DNA from: a bacterium
GTDB taxonomy: Bacteria; Patescibacteriota; Minisyncoccia; Minisyncoccales; RBG-13-42-11
Assembly (NCBI GenBank): GCA_043817685.1
Contig: JBDRGQ010000004.1
Coordinates: forward strand, 10,842-74,841
DNA: 64,000 nucleotides
Reading direction: 5' to 3'
The notes beneath the pieces were generated by a model. The model saw only the letters and a program-made list of their open reading frames with translations, searched no databases and was not told the DNA's origin. Positions 18,285-27,391 of the stretch are shown here, piece after piece. The position numbers were made by a program, and so were the translations under genes. Every line of letters begins with the position of its first letter. Positions within the stretch are counted from its first letter, which is position 1.

Positions 18285-19559
18285 ATGAAGGATTTTTGGT
18301 TAGTTTCAGTAAATATGGGATATGGGCATCAAAGGACGATATTTCCTCTGAAGAATTTTGCTTATGGAAAAAAGATTGTAAATGCCAATGATTATTCTGA
18401 AATTCCAGAAAAAGACAAAAAAATTTGGTTAGCCACTAGAAAAGGATATGAATTAATCTCAAGAGTAAAAAAGATTCCCATATTGGGAAATTTTGTTTTT
18501 TTGCTTTTTGACCAGTTTCAAAAAATACTTGAATTCTATCCGAAAAGAGATCTTTCTATCCCCACTTTTCAATTAAAACAGAACGACTCTTTAATAAGAA
18601 GGGGCTGGGGGAAGGATTTAATAAATAAATTAGAAGAAAGACCAACGACTTTTATTACAAGTTTTTTTACTCCTGCTTTTATGGCAGAGCATTTTAAATA
18701 TTCAAAAGATATTTACTGTATAATTTGTGATGCTGATATCGCCAGAACCTGGGCGCCTATGAACCCCAAGAAAAGCAAAATAAAATATTTAGTCCCGAAT
18801 GAAAGAGTGGTGGAAAGGTTAAAATTATACGGGGTTAAGCCAAAAAACATCTTTTTGACCGGTTATCCTCTGCCTTTAGAAAATATTGGAACTAAGAAAA
18901 TGGAAGTGTTAAAAATGGATATAAAGAATAGATTGGCGAACTTAGATGTTAATAAAAAATATTCTGATTATTATGAACCTTTAATTAAAAGTTATTTAGG
19001 GAATCTACCCAAAAGACCAAATCATCCACTTACTGTAATGTTTGCTGTTGGCGGAGCAGGGGCCCAAGCCGAAATAGGATATAGGGCTTTAAAAAGTTTG
19101 CGTAAAAAAATAAAAAAAGGAAAAGTTAAATTTATTTTAGTGGCTGGGACAAAAAAAACAGTAAAGGAGTATTTTGAAGACAAGATAGTGGAATTAAGAT
19201 TATTAAGAGAGAAAAATGTTGAAATATTGTTTGATGATACTTTTGAAAAATACTTCAATAAATTTAATAAGGCCCTGAGGAAAACAGATATTCTTTGGAC
19301 CAAGCCCTCCGAACTTTCTTTTTATTCTGCCTTAGGATTACCGATCATTATAGCTCCTTGTATAGGATCCCAAGAGAAGTTTAATAGGAATTGGCTTTTA
19401 AAATCTGGATTTGGTATTTCCCAAGGGAATCCAAATTATACAGACCAATGGCTGTTTGATTGGCTGGAAAAAGGATATTTTGCCGAAGCCGCTCTTCAGG
19501 GATTTATTGAAGGAAAACAATTAGGAACGTTAAACATAAAAGAAATAGTTAGCAAATGA
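18285..19559 (+). CDS. GT-B glycosyltransferase, distantly UgtP/MGDG-synthase-like
   Basis: N-terminal MGYGHQR, GGAG loop and C-terminal TKPSELSFYSALGLPIII...GSQEKFN, resembling the KPGG...GxP...PGQE..N pattern of the GT28/UgtP group. Confidence 0.6.
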   Translation: MKDFWLVSVNMGYGHQRTIFPLKNFAYGKKIVNANDYSEIPEKDKKIWLATRKGYELISRVKKIPILGNFVFLLFDQFQKILEFYPKRDLSIPTFQLKQNDSLIRRGWGKDLINKLEERPTTFITSFFTPAFMAEHFKYSKDIYCIICDADIARTWAPMNPKKSKIKYLVPNERVVERLKLYGVKPKNIFLTGYPLPLENIGTKKMEVLKMDIKNRLANLDVNKKYSDYYEPLIKSYLGNLPKRPNHPLTVMFAVGGAGAQAEIGYRALKSLRKKIKKGKVKFILVAGTKKTVKEYFEDKIVELRLLREKNVEILFDDTFEKYFNKFNKALRKTDILWTKPSELSFYSALGLPIIIAPCIGSQEKFNRNWLLKSGFGISQGNPNYTDQWLFDWLEKGYFAEAALQGFIEGKQLGTLNIKEIVSK

Positions 19560-20467
19560 ATTGGATAGCAGTTACAATTTCAGCTTATTTTATCTTAGCC
19601 GTAGTATTTTTAGTTGATAAATATCTTCTTGTTTCTTCTGTCCCTAATTCAAAAGTATACGCTTTTTATGTCGGATTATTAGGATCTGTAATATTATTAG
19701 TTATCCCTTTCGTAGATTTTTATATTCCTGATACTCCACAATTAATTTTAGCCCTGACTTCCGGAGCTGTTTTCGTTTATGGGTTGTCTTGGCTTTATAA
19801 AACATTAAAGCTTTTTGAAGTTTCTAGAGTGATTCCCGCAGTCGGAGGGTTAACTCCTATTTTCACTTTTCTTTTGATTTATATAATATCTTCTGGCAAA
19901 GAAGTTTTTTCTTTCTTTGGAATAATAGCGTTCGTTTTTTTAATTTCAGGAAGCGTTATTATTAATTTAAGAAAAGATCAATCTATTACTTTTACCAGTT
20001 TTAAATTTTCAGTAGTTTCAGCTTTTCTTCTTTCTTTATCTTTTGTTTTGACTAAATACGTTTATATGGCCCAGCCTTTTTGGAACGGATTTATATGGAA
20101 AACCTTAGGAGGGGTGACAATGGCAATAATATTTTATTTGATATTTTCGGAAGTCAGAGAGAATGCTTTTAGAAAAGAGAAAAGAATGTCTGGTAAAACA
20201 GCAATTATTTTCCTTTTAAACCAAACCGGTGGAGCAGGAGCGTCTATTCTGCAGAATTGGGCAATCTTTTTAGCTCCTTTGGTTTATATTCCCATCGTCT
20301 ACGCTCTTAACGGGACTCAATATGTATTTTTATTTTTGTTCACTATAATTCTTTCTTTAAAATTCCCTAAGATAATAAAGGAAGAAATTTCAAAAGAAGC
20401 CATTTCTCAAAAGGTTATAGCTATATTATTAATAGGAGCAGGATTATTCTTTCTCTATTTTAAATAA
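19556..20467 (+). CDS. EamA/DMT-like multi-pass membrane protein
   Basis: About 10 TM segments in two repeats; DKYLL, EVSRVxP and KEE...QKVIAILLI patterns. Confidence 0.65.
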   Translation: MNWIAVTISAYFILAVVFLVDKYLLVSSVPNSKVYAFYVGLLGSVILLVIPFVDFYIPDTPQLILALTSGAVFVYGLSWLYKTLKLFEVSRVIPAVGGLTPIFTFLLIYIISSGKEVFSFFGIIAFVFLISGSVIINLRKDQSITFTSFKFSVVSAFLLSLSFVLTKYVYMAQPFWNGFIWKTLGGVTMAIIFYLIFSEVRENAFRKEKRMSGKTAIIFLLNQTGGAGASILQNWAIFLAPLVYIPIVYALNGTQYVFLFLFTIILSLKFPKIIKEEISKEAISQKVIAILLIGAGLFFLYFK

Positions 20468-21457
20468 ATGAAGAAAATAAAATTAATGCTTTTCGTAATT
20501 TTAATAATTTTATTAATTGTTATTGGTTATTTCTTTATCGGTTCAGCTCCGGAAAGAGAGAATATTATTTGGGGAGTTAATTTTTCACAAAAACACGCTC
20601 AAAATATGGGAATGGATTGGAGGGAAAATTATTTAGCTTTGATAAACGATTTAGGGGCTCGTGAAATAAAAATAGCCAGTTACTGGGATTTATTGGAGGG
20701 TGAAGAAGGAAAGTATTCTTTTGAAGATTTAGATTGGCAATTAGACGTTGCTAAAGAGAATGGAGTCAACATTCTTTTGGTAATAGGGATGAAAAGTCCT
20801 CGTTGGCCAGAATGCCATATCCCAGGATGGGCAAAAGGATTAGAGAAATCAGAACAACAAGAAAAGATACTTAATTTTTTAAAAGGATTAGTTTCGCATT
20901 ATAAAAATTCAGATGTAATTTCAATATGGCAGGTGGAGAATGAACCTTTCTTTCCGTTTGGAGAATGCCCTTGGGCAGACAAGGAATTCTTAGTAAAAGA
21001 AATAGATCTTATTAAATCTTTAGACGATAAAAACAGGCCTATTTTAATTTCAGACAGCGGGGAGGGGTCTTTTTGGTTTTCAGCCGCTTCTCTCTCAGAT
21101 GTGGTTGGGACTACGATGTATAGAAAGGTTTGGATACGGCAGTTAAGCAGATATTTAACTTATCCTTTGCCACCTGTTTTTTACTGGAGAAAAGCTAATT
21201 TAATAGACAAGGTTTTTGATAAAGAAGTTATTTGTGTAGAATTACAGGCGGAACCATGGGGACCTGAACTTTTATATGTCAGTCCGGCAGAAGAACAGGA
21301 AAAAACAATGAATCTGCAAAAATTTAAAGACAATATTGAGTATGCTAAGAAAACTGGATTAAGAACTTTTTATCTATGGGGAGGAGAGTGGTGGTATTGG
21401 ATGAAAGAAGTTAAGGGTCAAGGAGAAATATGGGAAGAAGCCAAAAAACTATTTTAA
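20468..21457 (+). CDS. Membrane-anchored clan GH-A glycoside hydrolase (GH5/GH42-like)
   Basis: N-terminal TM; YWDLLExxEGKYSFEDLDW; WQVENEPF (acid/base Glu); ELQAEPW; LWGGEWW. Confidence 0.7.
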   Translation: MKKIKLMLFVILIILLIVIGYFFIGSAPERENIIWGVNFSQKHAQNMGMDWRENYLALINDLGAREIKIASYWDLLEGEEGKYSFEDLDWQLDVAKENGVNILLVIGMKSPRWPECHIPGWAKGLEKSEQQEKILNFLKGLVSHYKNSDVISIWQVENEPFFPFGECPWADKEFLVKEIDLIKSLDDKNRPILISDSGEGSFWFSAASLSDVVGTTMYRKVWIRQLSRYLTYPLPPVFYWRKANLIDKVFDKEVICVELQAEPWGPELLYVSPAEEQEKTMNLQKFKDNIEYAKKTGLRTFYLWGGEWWYWMKEVKGQGEIWEEAKKLF

Positions 21458-21458
21458 T

Positions 21459-22169
21459 ATGATATCAATCATTATCCCAACGTATAATGAAGAAAAATAT
21501 CTTTCTTTATTATTGAAATCAATAAGAAAACAAGGGGTTAAGGATTATGAAATAATCGTTTCTGATAATAATTCTACGGACAGAACAAGGAAAATTGCCA
21601 AGAAATACGGGTGTGAAATAGCTTCTGGGGGGTTGCCGGCTAGAGGAAGGAATCAGGGAGCTAAAATTGCAAAAGGAGACACTCTTCTTTTTCTAGATGC
21701 AGACTTAGTTTTACCGATAGATTTTATTAAAAAATCAATCTTAGAATTCAATAAAAGGAAGCTGGATATAGCTTCTTATAAAATAGTTCCTAAAAAAGGA
21801 AATAAAATAGTTAAAAGAGGGTTTGATGTTTTGTATAATTGGCCTGCTTTTCTTTCTCAAGGATTTCTTCCTCACGGAGCTATGGGAATTATGATTAAGA
21901 GAAAAATATTTGATAAGATAGGTGGGTTTGATGAAAAGATAAAGATAGCAGAAGACCATTATTTTGTCAGACAAGCAGCAGAAGTTGGAAAATTCGGAAT
22001 AATATCTTCCACTAAAATATTTACTTCTTTAAGAAGATTTAAAAAAGACGGATATACAAAAACTTTGTCTAAATATTTAGCAGCTTCTATTTATATGCTT
22101 TCTGGAAAACCGATTAAATCCGGAATTAGTTATAAATTTGGACACTATTTAAGAAAGAAAAAAAATTGA
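21459..22169 (+). CDS. Glycosyltransferase family 2
   Basis: ISIIIPTYNEE, DNNSTD, FLDAD, GGFDE...ED and SxRR motifs. Confidence 0.9.
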   Translation: MISIIIPTYNEEKYLSLLLKSIRKQGVKDYEIIVSDNNSTDRTRKIAKKYGCEIASGGLPARGRNQGAKIAKGDTLLFLDADLVLPIDFIKKSILEFNKRKLDIASYKIVPKKGNKIVKRGFDVLYNWPAFLSQGFLPHGAMGIMIKRKIFDKIGGFDEKIKIAEDHYFVRQAAEVGKFGIISSTKIFTSLRRFKKDGYTKTLSKYLAASIYMLSGKPIKSGISYKFGHYLRKKKN

Positions 22170-22183
22170 TATAATTATTATAT

Positions 22184-23485
22184 ATGAACCTTTACGACCT
22201 CCCAGAGATTAAAAAGCCTAAATTTAAAGCTATAAAGAATAGAGTTTTCTGGTTTATTATTTCTTCCATTTTTTTATCAGTTTTGTTCGGATTTTTAGCT
22301 GGAATGGTTTCCTGGAGTTTTTTTTATTTTGAGATAAAGGAATATTTAGAGAAAATAGATATTAATACCCCTGATTTAGAAATTACCGAGAATGAATATG
22401 TACCGCCCACCAGTCACGAGAACTTATTAATAAAAGCAGTAGAAAATGTAGATCCTGCAGTAGTAAGTATAATTATCACCAAAGATGTTCCTATTTTTGA
22501 ACAGTATTATTATAATCCTTTTGAGGGATTTGGAGATATCGGGAGCGATTTCTTAATCCCCCAATACAGGCAGAAAGGAACAGAAAAGCAAGAAGTGGGA
22601 GGAGGAACGGGTTTTATTGTTTCCAAAGACGGGATGATTCTTACTAATAAACATGTAGCTTTGGACGAAGAAGCTGGATACACCGTATTTACTAACGACG
22701 GCAAAAATTATCCTGCCAAAGTTTTAGCTAGAGATCCTCTTCAAGATATAGCTGTCTTAAAGATAGACCAGGATAAAATGGTGACGGAAGAAGGAGAATT
22801 AATATCCAAAGATTTCCCTATTGTTAAATTAGGAGATTCAGATGGACTTAAAATGGGACAAACCGTTGTAGCTATTGGTAATGCTCTAGGAGAATTCAGG
22901 AATACTATTTCTGTAGGCGTTATTTCTGGTCTAGGAAGAACTATTTTAGCCTCAGGCGAAGGAATTACAGAAACTATAGAAAACGTAATTCAAACAGATG
23001 CTGCGATAAATAAGGGGAATTCAGGAGGACCTCTTTTAAATCTTAGGGGGGAAGTAATAGGCATTAATACTGCTATGGTTCAAGACGCCCAAAGTATTGG
23101 TTTTGCTATTCCTATTAACGATGCTAAAAAAGGAATAGAACAGGTAAAGACTTTAGGTAAAATAGTTTATCCCTTCTTGGGAGTTAGATATCTTTTAATA
23201 ACAGAAAGCGTTCAAGAGGAAAGAGAATTGTCAGTAGATTACGGAGCTTTATTAGTCCAAGGCTCAGGAGGAGAATCAGCCGTGTCGGTTAATTCAGCTG
23301 CTGATAAAGCTGGGTTAAAAAAGGGAGATATAATACTGGAGCTTAACGGAGAAAAGATTACAACTGATAATCCTTTAACAAAAATTCTTGAAAAGTATAA
23401 TCCTGAAAACATAGTAAACTTAAGAGTTTTAAGGGGAGAAAGAGAAATATATCTTTCAGCTGTTTTAGGAGAAAGGGGTGAATAA
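22184..23485 (+). CDS. htrA: HtrA/DegP-like serine protease (TM, trypsin domain, PDZ)
   Basis: Catalytic triad TNKHV / DIAVL / GNSGGPL, with a C-terminal PDZ. Confidence 0.9.
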   Translation: MNLYDLPEIKKPKFKAIKNRVFWFIISSIFLSVLFGFLAGMVSWSFFYFEIKEYLEKIDINTPDLEITENEYVPPTSHENLLIKAVENVDPAVVSIIITKDVPIFEQYYYNPFEGFGDIGSDFLIPQYRQKGTEKQEVGGGTGFIVSKDGMILTNKHVALDEEAGYTVFTNDGKNYPAKVLARDPLQDIAVLKIDQDKMVTEEGELISKDFPIVKLGDSDGLKMGQTVVAIGNALGEFRNTISVGVISGLGRTILASGEGITETIENVIQTDAAINKGNSGGPLLNLRGEVIGINTAMVQDAQSIGFAIPINDAKKGIEQVKTLGKIVYPFLGVRYLLITESVQEERELSVDYGALLVQGSGGESAVSVNSAADKAGLKKGDIILELNGEKITTDNPLTKILEKYNPENIVNLRVLRGEREIYLSAVLGERGE

Positions 23486-23600
23486 TAATTTTCATATTTT
23501 CAGAGCTTTTTAGTTTAAGCTTTTTTTAATCCCTTGTCTTGATTTTTTGCCATTTTGCGCTAGAATTAAGATTGATATTCAGTGAATTTTATTCATTTCG

Positions 23601-23629
23601 ACCATCGATTTTACAAGTAAAATCTCGGT
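23601..23629 (+). promoter_or_regulatory. Palindrome/hairpin abutting the clpB start
   Basis: GATTTTAC-aa-GTAAAATC (23607-23624), extendable by ACC/GGT, ending 2 nt before ATG 23632. Confidence 0.4.
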
Positions 23630-23631
23630 AT

Positions 23632-26310
23632 ATGAACGGTAATTTTACTCATAAAGCACAAGAAGCTATTTTGGCTTCCCAGAATATAGCTCAAGAAAGA
23701 GGTCAGCAGCAGGTTGACGCTCTCCACCTTTTACATTCTTTAATTTCCCAAGACGGAAGCGTGGTTTTGAATTTGCTCCAGAGATTAGGAACAGACATAG
23801 AAGGATTAAAAAAGAAAACAAGCGTTGCTATAGATAAGATTCCTCAGATTTCAGCTCCCCAGTCTTTTGGTCAGTTATATCTTACCCAAGATATGGCCAA
23901 AGTTCTTGAAAGGGCAAGGCAAGAATCGGTTAAGATGGGAGATGAATATATATCTGTTGAACATTTGTTTTTATCTTTATTGGATACTGGGACTAAAGCT
24001 AAAGAAATTTTAGACAAAGTAAATTTCTTGCAGCCAAGAGGTGGAGTTTCTTCTTTGGAACTTGGAAAATTAGATTACGACACTGTTTTAAAGAATCTAG
24101 CTCAAATCAGGGGAGGACAAAAAATTACAGACCCCGAACCCGAATCCAAATACCAAGTTATAGAAAAATATGCCAAAAATCTTACTAATTTAGCCAGACA
24201 AGGGAAACTAGATCCAGTTATTGGAAGAGAGAATGAAATAAGAAGACTTATGCAGGTTCTTTCCAGAAGAACCAAGAATAATCCTGTCTTAATAGGAGAA
24301 TCCGGAGTTGGTAAAACAGCCATTGCCGAAGGATTGGCCCAGAAAATAATGTCAGGGCATGTGCCTGAATCTTTGAAAGACAAGGAAATTATTGCTTTGG
24401 ACTTGGGCTCTTTGATAGCTGGAACCAAATATAGAGGAGAGTTTGAAGACAGGATAAGAGCTTTATTGAAAGAGCTGGATAGATCCCAGGGAAGATATTT
24501 ATTGTTTATAGATGAATTACACACTTTGATTGGAGCAGGGGCTGCAGAAGGAGCCATAGATGCTTCTAATCTTTTAAAACCTGCCCTGCAAAGAGGAGAA
24601 TTAAGAGCTATTGGAGCTACCACTTTGAAAGAATATCAAAAATACATAGAAAAAGATCCGGCCCTGGAAAGAAGATTCCAGCCCATACTGGTTCTTGAAC
24701 CATCTGTAGAAGATACGGTTTCAATATTAAGAGGTTTGAAAGAAAAGTACGAACTTCACCACGGAGTTAAGATAAAAGATGATGCTTTGGTGGACTCTGC
24801 TGAATTAGCTGCCAGATACATTACAGATAGGTTTTTACCCGATAAAGCAGTAGATTTGATGGATGAGGCCATGAGTTCTTTGAGGCTGGAGATAGAATCA
24901 GAACCAACTGATTTAGAGGTATTGAAAAAAGAAATTCAAAAACTGGAAATAGAGAAAAAAGCTTTGAAATCTGACAAGACCAAACAAAGAATTCTTTCCA
25001 GACAGTTAGCAGATTTAAAGGAAAAAGCTTCTGGTATAGAAGCTAAATGGCAGTCTGAAAGAGAGACTATCGCTAAAATAAGGAATCTTAAAGAGAAAAT
25101 AGAGAGAGCTAGATTTGAAATAGAAAGAGCGCAAAACAGCGGTGAACTTCAAAAAGTTGCAGAATTGAAATATGGAGAAGTGCCAGCTCTTTTAAAAGAA
25201 TTAGATGCGGCAGAAAGAAAACTAATTCGTTTTCAGAAAAACAGGCCAATTCTTAAAGAAGAAGTTTCTAAAGAAGAAGTGGCCAAAGTTGTTTCAAGGT
25301 GGACCGGTATTCCCGTCACTAGGCTTTTAGAAGAGGAGGCAAAGAAATTGGAGAATATGGAAGATGTTTTAGCTAAAAGGGTTATTGGTCAAAAAGAAGC
25401 TATAGAAGCTATATCAAACGCTATCCGCAGAGCTAGGGCTGGAATATCAGAAGAGAATAGGCCTGTGGGTTCTTTTATGTTTTTGGGCCCCACTGGTGTT
25501 GGAAAGACTGAAACAGCAAAGAGTTTGGCAGGATTCTTGTTTAACGATGAAAATGCTTTGGTCAGATTAGACATGTCAGAGTATATGGAAAAACATACTG
25601 TTTCTAAAATGATAGGCTCTCCTCCAGGATACGTGGGGTACGAAGAGGGAGGACAATTAACCGATAAAATAAGAAGAAGGCCTTATAGCGTAATTCTTTT
25701 AGACGAAATAGAAAAAGCTCATCCGGATGTCTTTAATATTCTTTTGCAGATTCTTGAAGACGGAAGGTTAACAGACGCCAAAGGAAGAGTAGCTTCTTTT
25801 AAGAATGCTATTTTGATAATGACTTCCAATCTTGGTTCAGAATATATAGCCAAGATGAGTTCTCTTGGATTTTTAGGGGAGGAAGAAGGAGAAAAAAAGA
25901 GCTTAAAAGACAAAGTTATGGAAAATTTAAAGGAACAATTCAGACCTGAATTCTTAAACAGGATAGACGAGATTATTATATTTGATTATCTTGATAAGAC
26001 TGAAATAAGAAAGATAGTTGATTTAGAATTAAAGAAAGTTGGAGAAAGACTTATCGGAAAAGGTATTAATATCTCTATTTCAGACAAGGTTAAAGAATAT
26101 TTAGTGGAAAGAGGGTTTGATCCTAATCTTGGAGCTAGACCTTTGAAAAGGGTTATCCAAAAGATGGTTTTAGATCCTTTAGCTATTCAGATTGTAACTG
26201 GCAAACTCTCAGAAGGAGGAAATGTTTTGGTTGATATTATCAATGAAAAGATAGTTTTTAATAATCAGAAGCTCCCTTTTAAACATAAGAAAGAAAGGGT
26301 ATTAGTTTAA
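23632..26310 (+). CDS. clpB: ATP-dependent chaperone ClpB
   Basis: Clp-N repeats, GESGVGKT and GPTGVGKT Walker A motifs, and a coiled-coil M domain (AELKYG). Start placed at ATG 23632. Confidence 0.93.
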   Translation: MNGNFTHKAQEAILASQNIAQERGQQQVDALHLLHSLISQDGSVVLNLLQRLGTDIEGLKKKTSVAIDKIPQISAPQSFGQLYLTQDMAKVLERARQESVKMGDEYISVEHLFLSLLDTGTKAKEILDKVNFLQPRGGVSSLELGKLDYDTVLKNLAQIRGGQKITDPEPESKYQVIEKYAKNLTNLARQGKLDPVIGRENEIRRLMQVLSRRTKNNPVLIGESGVGKTAIAEGLAQKIMSGHVPESLKDKEIIALDLGSLIAGTKYRGEFEDRIRALLKELDRSQGRYLLFIDELHTLIGAGAAEGAIDASNLLKPALQRGELRAIGATTLKEYQKYIEKDPALERRFQPILVLEPSVEDTVSILRGLKEKYELHHGVKIKDDALVDSAELAARYITDRFLPDKAVDLMDEAMSSLRLEIESEPTDLEVLKKEIQKLEIEKKALKSDKTKQRILSRQLADLKEKASGIEAKWQSERETIAKIRNLKEKIERARFEIERAQNSGELQKVAELKYGEVPALLKELDAAERKLIRFQKNRPILKEEVSKEEVAKVVSRWTGIPVTRLLEEEAKKLENMEDVLAKRVIGQKEAIEAISNAIRRARAGISEENRPVGSFMFLGPTGVGKTETAKSLAGFLFNDENALVRLDMSEYMEKHTVSKMIGSPPGYVGYEEGGQLTDKIRRRPYSVILLDEIEKAHPDVFNILLQILEDGRLTDAKGRVASFKNAILIMTSNLGSEYIAKMSSLGFLGEEEGEKKSLKDKVMENLKEQFRPEFLNRIDEIIIFDYLDKTEIRKIVDLELKKVGERLIGKGINISISDKVKEYLVERGFDPNLGARPLKRVIQKMVLDPLAIQIVTGKLSEGGNVLVDIINEKIVFNNQKLPFKHKKERVLV

Positions 26311-26313
26311 TTT

Positions 26314-27045
26314 ATGTCCAGAAATGTTATTAAAATAGTTATTTTTTTCGTGGTGGGGATGATAGGTGGTATTTTTGCAGACCAGATATTCTGGCCTTAT
26401 TTTATTGAGAAACCTCTTTTTCATCAGTACAGGTTAGAACAAAATCCTGTTTATGTTACTGAAATAAAAGAAACCATGATTCAGGAAAATACTGCTTTAA
26501 CTATTGCTATAGAAAAAGTTGATACATCTATCACTGGAGTTAGAACAAAAACTTCAACCGGCGAAATGCTAGAAGGATCAGGCCTTATTATCACCTCGGA
26601 CGGTTTAATGGTTACTTTGGCTTCTTTAGTTCCTTTAGACTCAGAATACAGCTTTTTTATTGATGGGAAAAAATATTCCTACCAGATACTAAAAAGAGAT
26701 TTTGTTAATGATTTAGCTCTGGTAAAGCTTGGTAAAACTAATTTACCTGTAATAAACTTTGCTAATTTGGATGAAATAAGTTTGGGAGAAAGAGTTTTTG
26801 TTTTAGGAATCACTTTTGAAGAGTTAGAAAAAGAAATTATTTCTACTGGTTTTTCTGCTAACGAAGGTATAATTAAAAAGCTTGATAAAGATATTATTTC
26901 TACTAATATTATAGAAAATAAGATTATGTTAGGAAGTTCTCTATTCAATATAAAAGGGGAAATAATTGGCTTAGCTGTTGTCAATAATAGGGGGGAAATA
27001 AATGTTATTTCTGTCACTCAAATAAAAGAATTCGTAGGATTGTAA
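26314..27045 (+). CDS. Membrane-anchored trypsin-like (HtrA-type) domain protein, catalytic residues degenerate
   Basis: GSGLIITSDG, DLALVK, GERVFVLG and LFNIKGEIIGL are retained, but His and GNSGG are replaced. Confidence 0.7.
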   Translation: MSRNVIKIVIFFVVGMIGGIFADQIFWPYFIEKPLFHQYRLEQNPVYVTEIKETMIQENTALTIAIEKVDTSITGVRTKTSTGEMLEGSGLIITSDGLMVTLASLVPLDSEYSFFIDGKKYSYQILKRDFVNDLALVKLGKTNLPVINFANLDEISLGERVFVLGITFEELEKEIISTGFSANEGIIKKLDKDIISTNIIENKIMLGSSLFNIKGEIIGLAVVNNRGEINVISVTQIKEFVGL

Positions 27046-27050
27046 TAATT

Positions 27051-27078
27051 ATAAAAATGGCTGTTAAGCTGTTTTTAT
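27051..27078. terminator. Putative terminator hairpin
   Basis: ATAAAAATGGC-tgttaa-GCTGTTTTTAT (11 bp with 2 G-U) right after the stop at 27045. Confidence 0.5.
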
Positions 27079-27151
27079 GTAATGAGTAAAGGGCGGCTTA
27101 ATGGCACTCTTTTTATTTGATTTTTTATAAAAAAGAATAATATATTATTGT

Positions 27152-27250
27152 ATGCATTTTATTATTGTTATTACAGCTTGGATAATTTTATTATTTTCTA
27201 TTGTTATATATTTTACCCAATATTATTCTGGCAGTGTGTTGATTTTTTGA
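27152..27250 (+). CDS. Putative 32-aa single-pass membrane peptide
   Basis: MHFIIVITAWIILLFSIVIYFTQYYSGSVLIF-stop, preceded by TTGATT and TAATAT/TATATT promoter-like boxes; below the ORF-track size limit. Confidence 0.4.
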   Translation: MHFIIVITAWIILLFSIVIYFTQYYSGSVLIF

Positions 27251-27254
27251 ACTA

Positions 27255-27350
27255 CCTTCGCTGTTCAATGAAGCTAACGCTTCATTTCGACCTTCGTCAG
27301 GCGATGAAAACTTTGTTTTCATCTTCATCTTCGTTCGCCTTTGGCAAACT
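27255..27350. repeat. Cluster of short palindromes (REP-like composite element)
   Basis: AATGAAGC-taac-GCTTCATT, GAC-cttc-GTC, GATGAAAAC-ttt-GTTTTCATC and GCC-ttt-GGC in series, with three CTTCG motifs. Confidence 0.5.
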
Positions 27351-27391
27351 TGGTGATTGAATTAAGGTAATTTTAGAAGTAAAATGAATTA

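Noticed and set aside
27148-27360. 70-aa ORF in the track
   Set aside because: TTG start, low-complexity Tyr/Phe/Cys composition, and it runs through the palindrome array. The ATG-started 32-aa ORF in another frame is more plausible.
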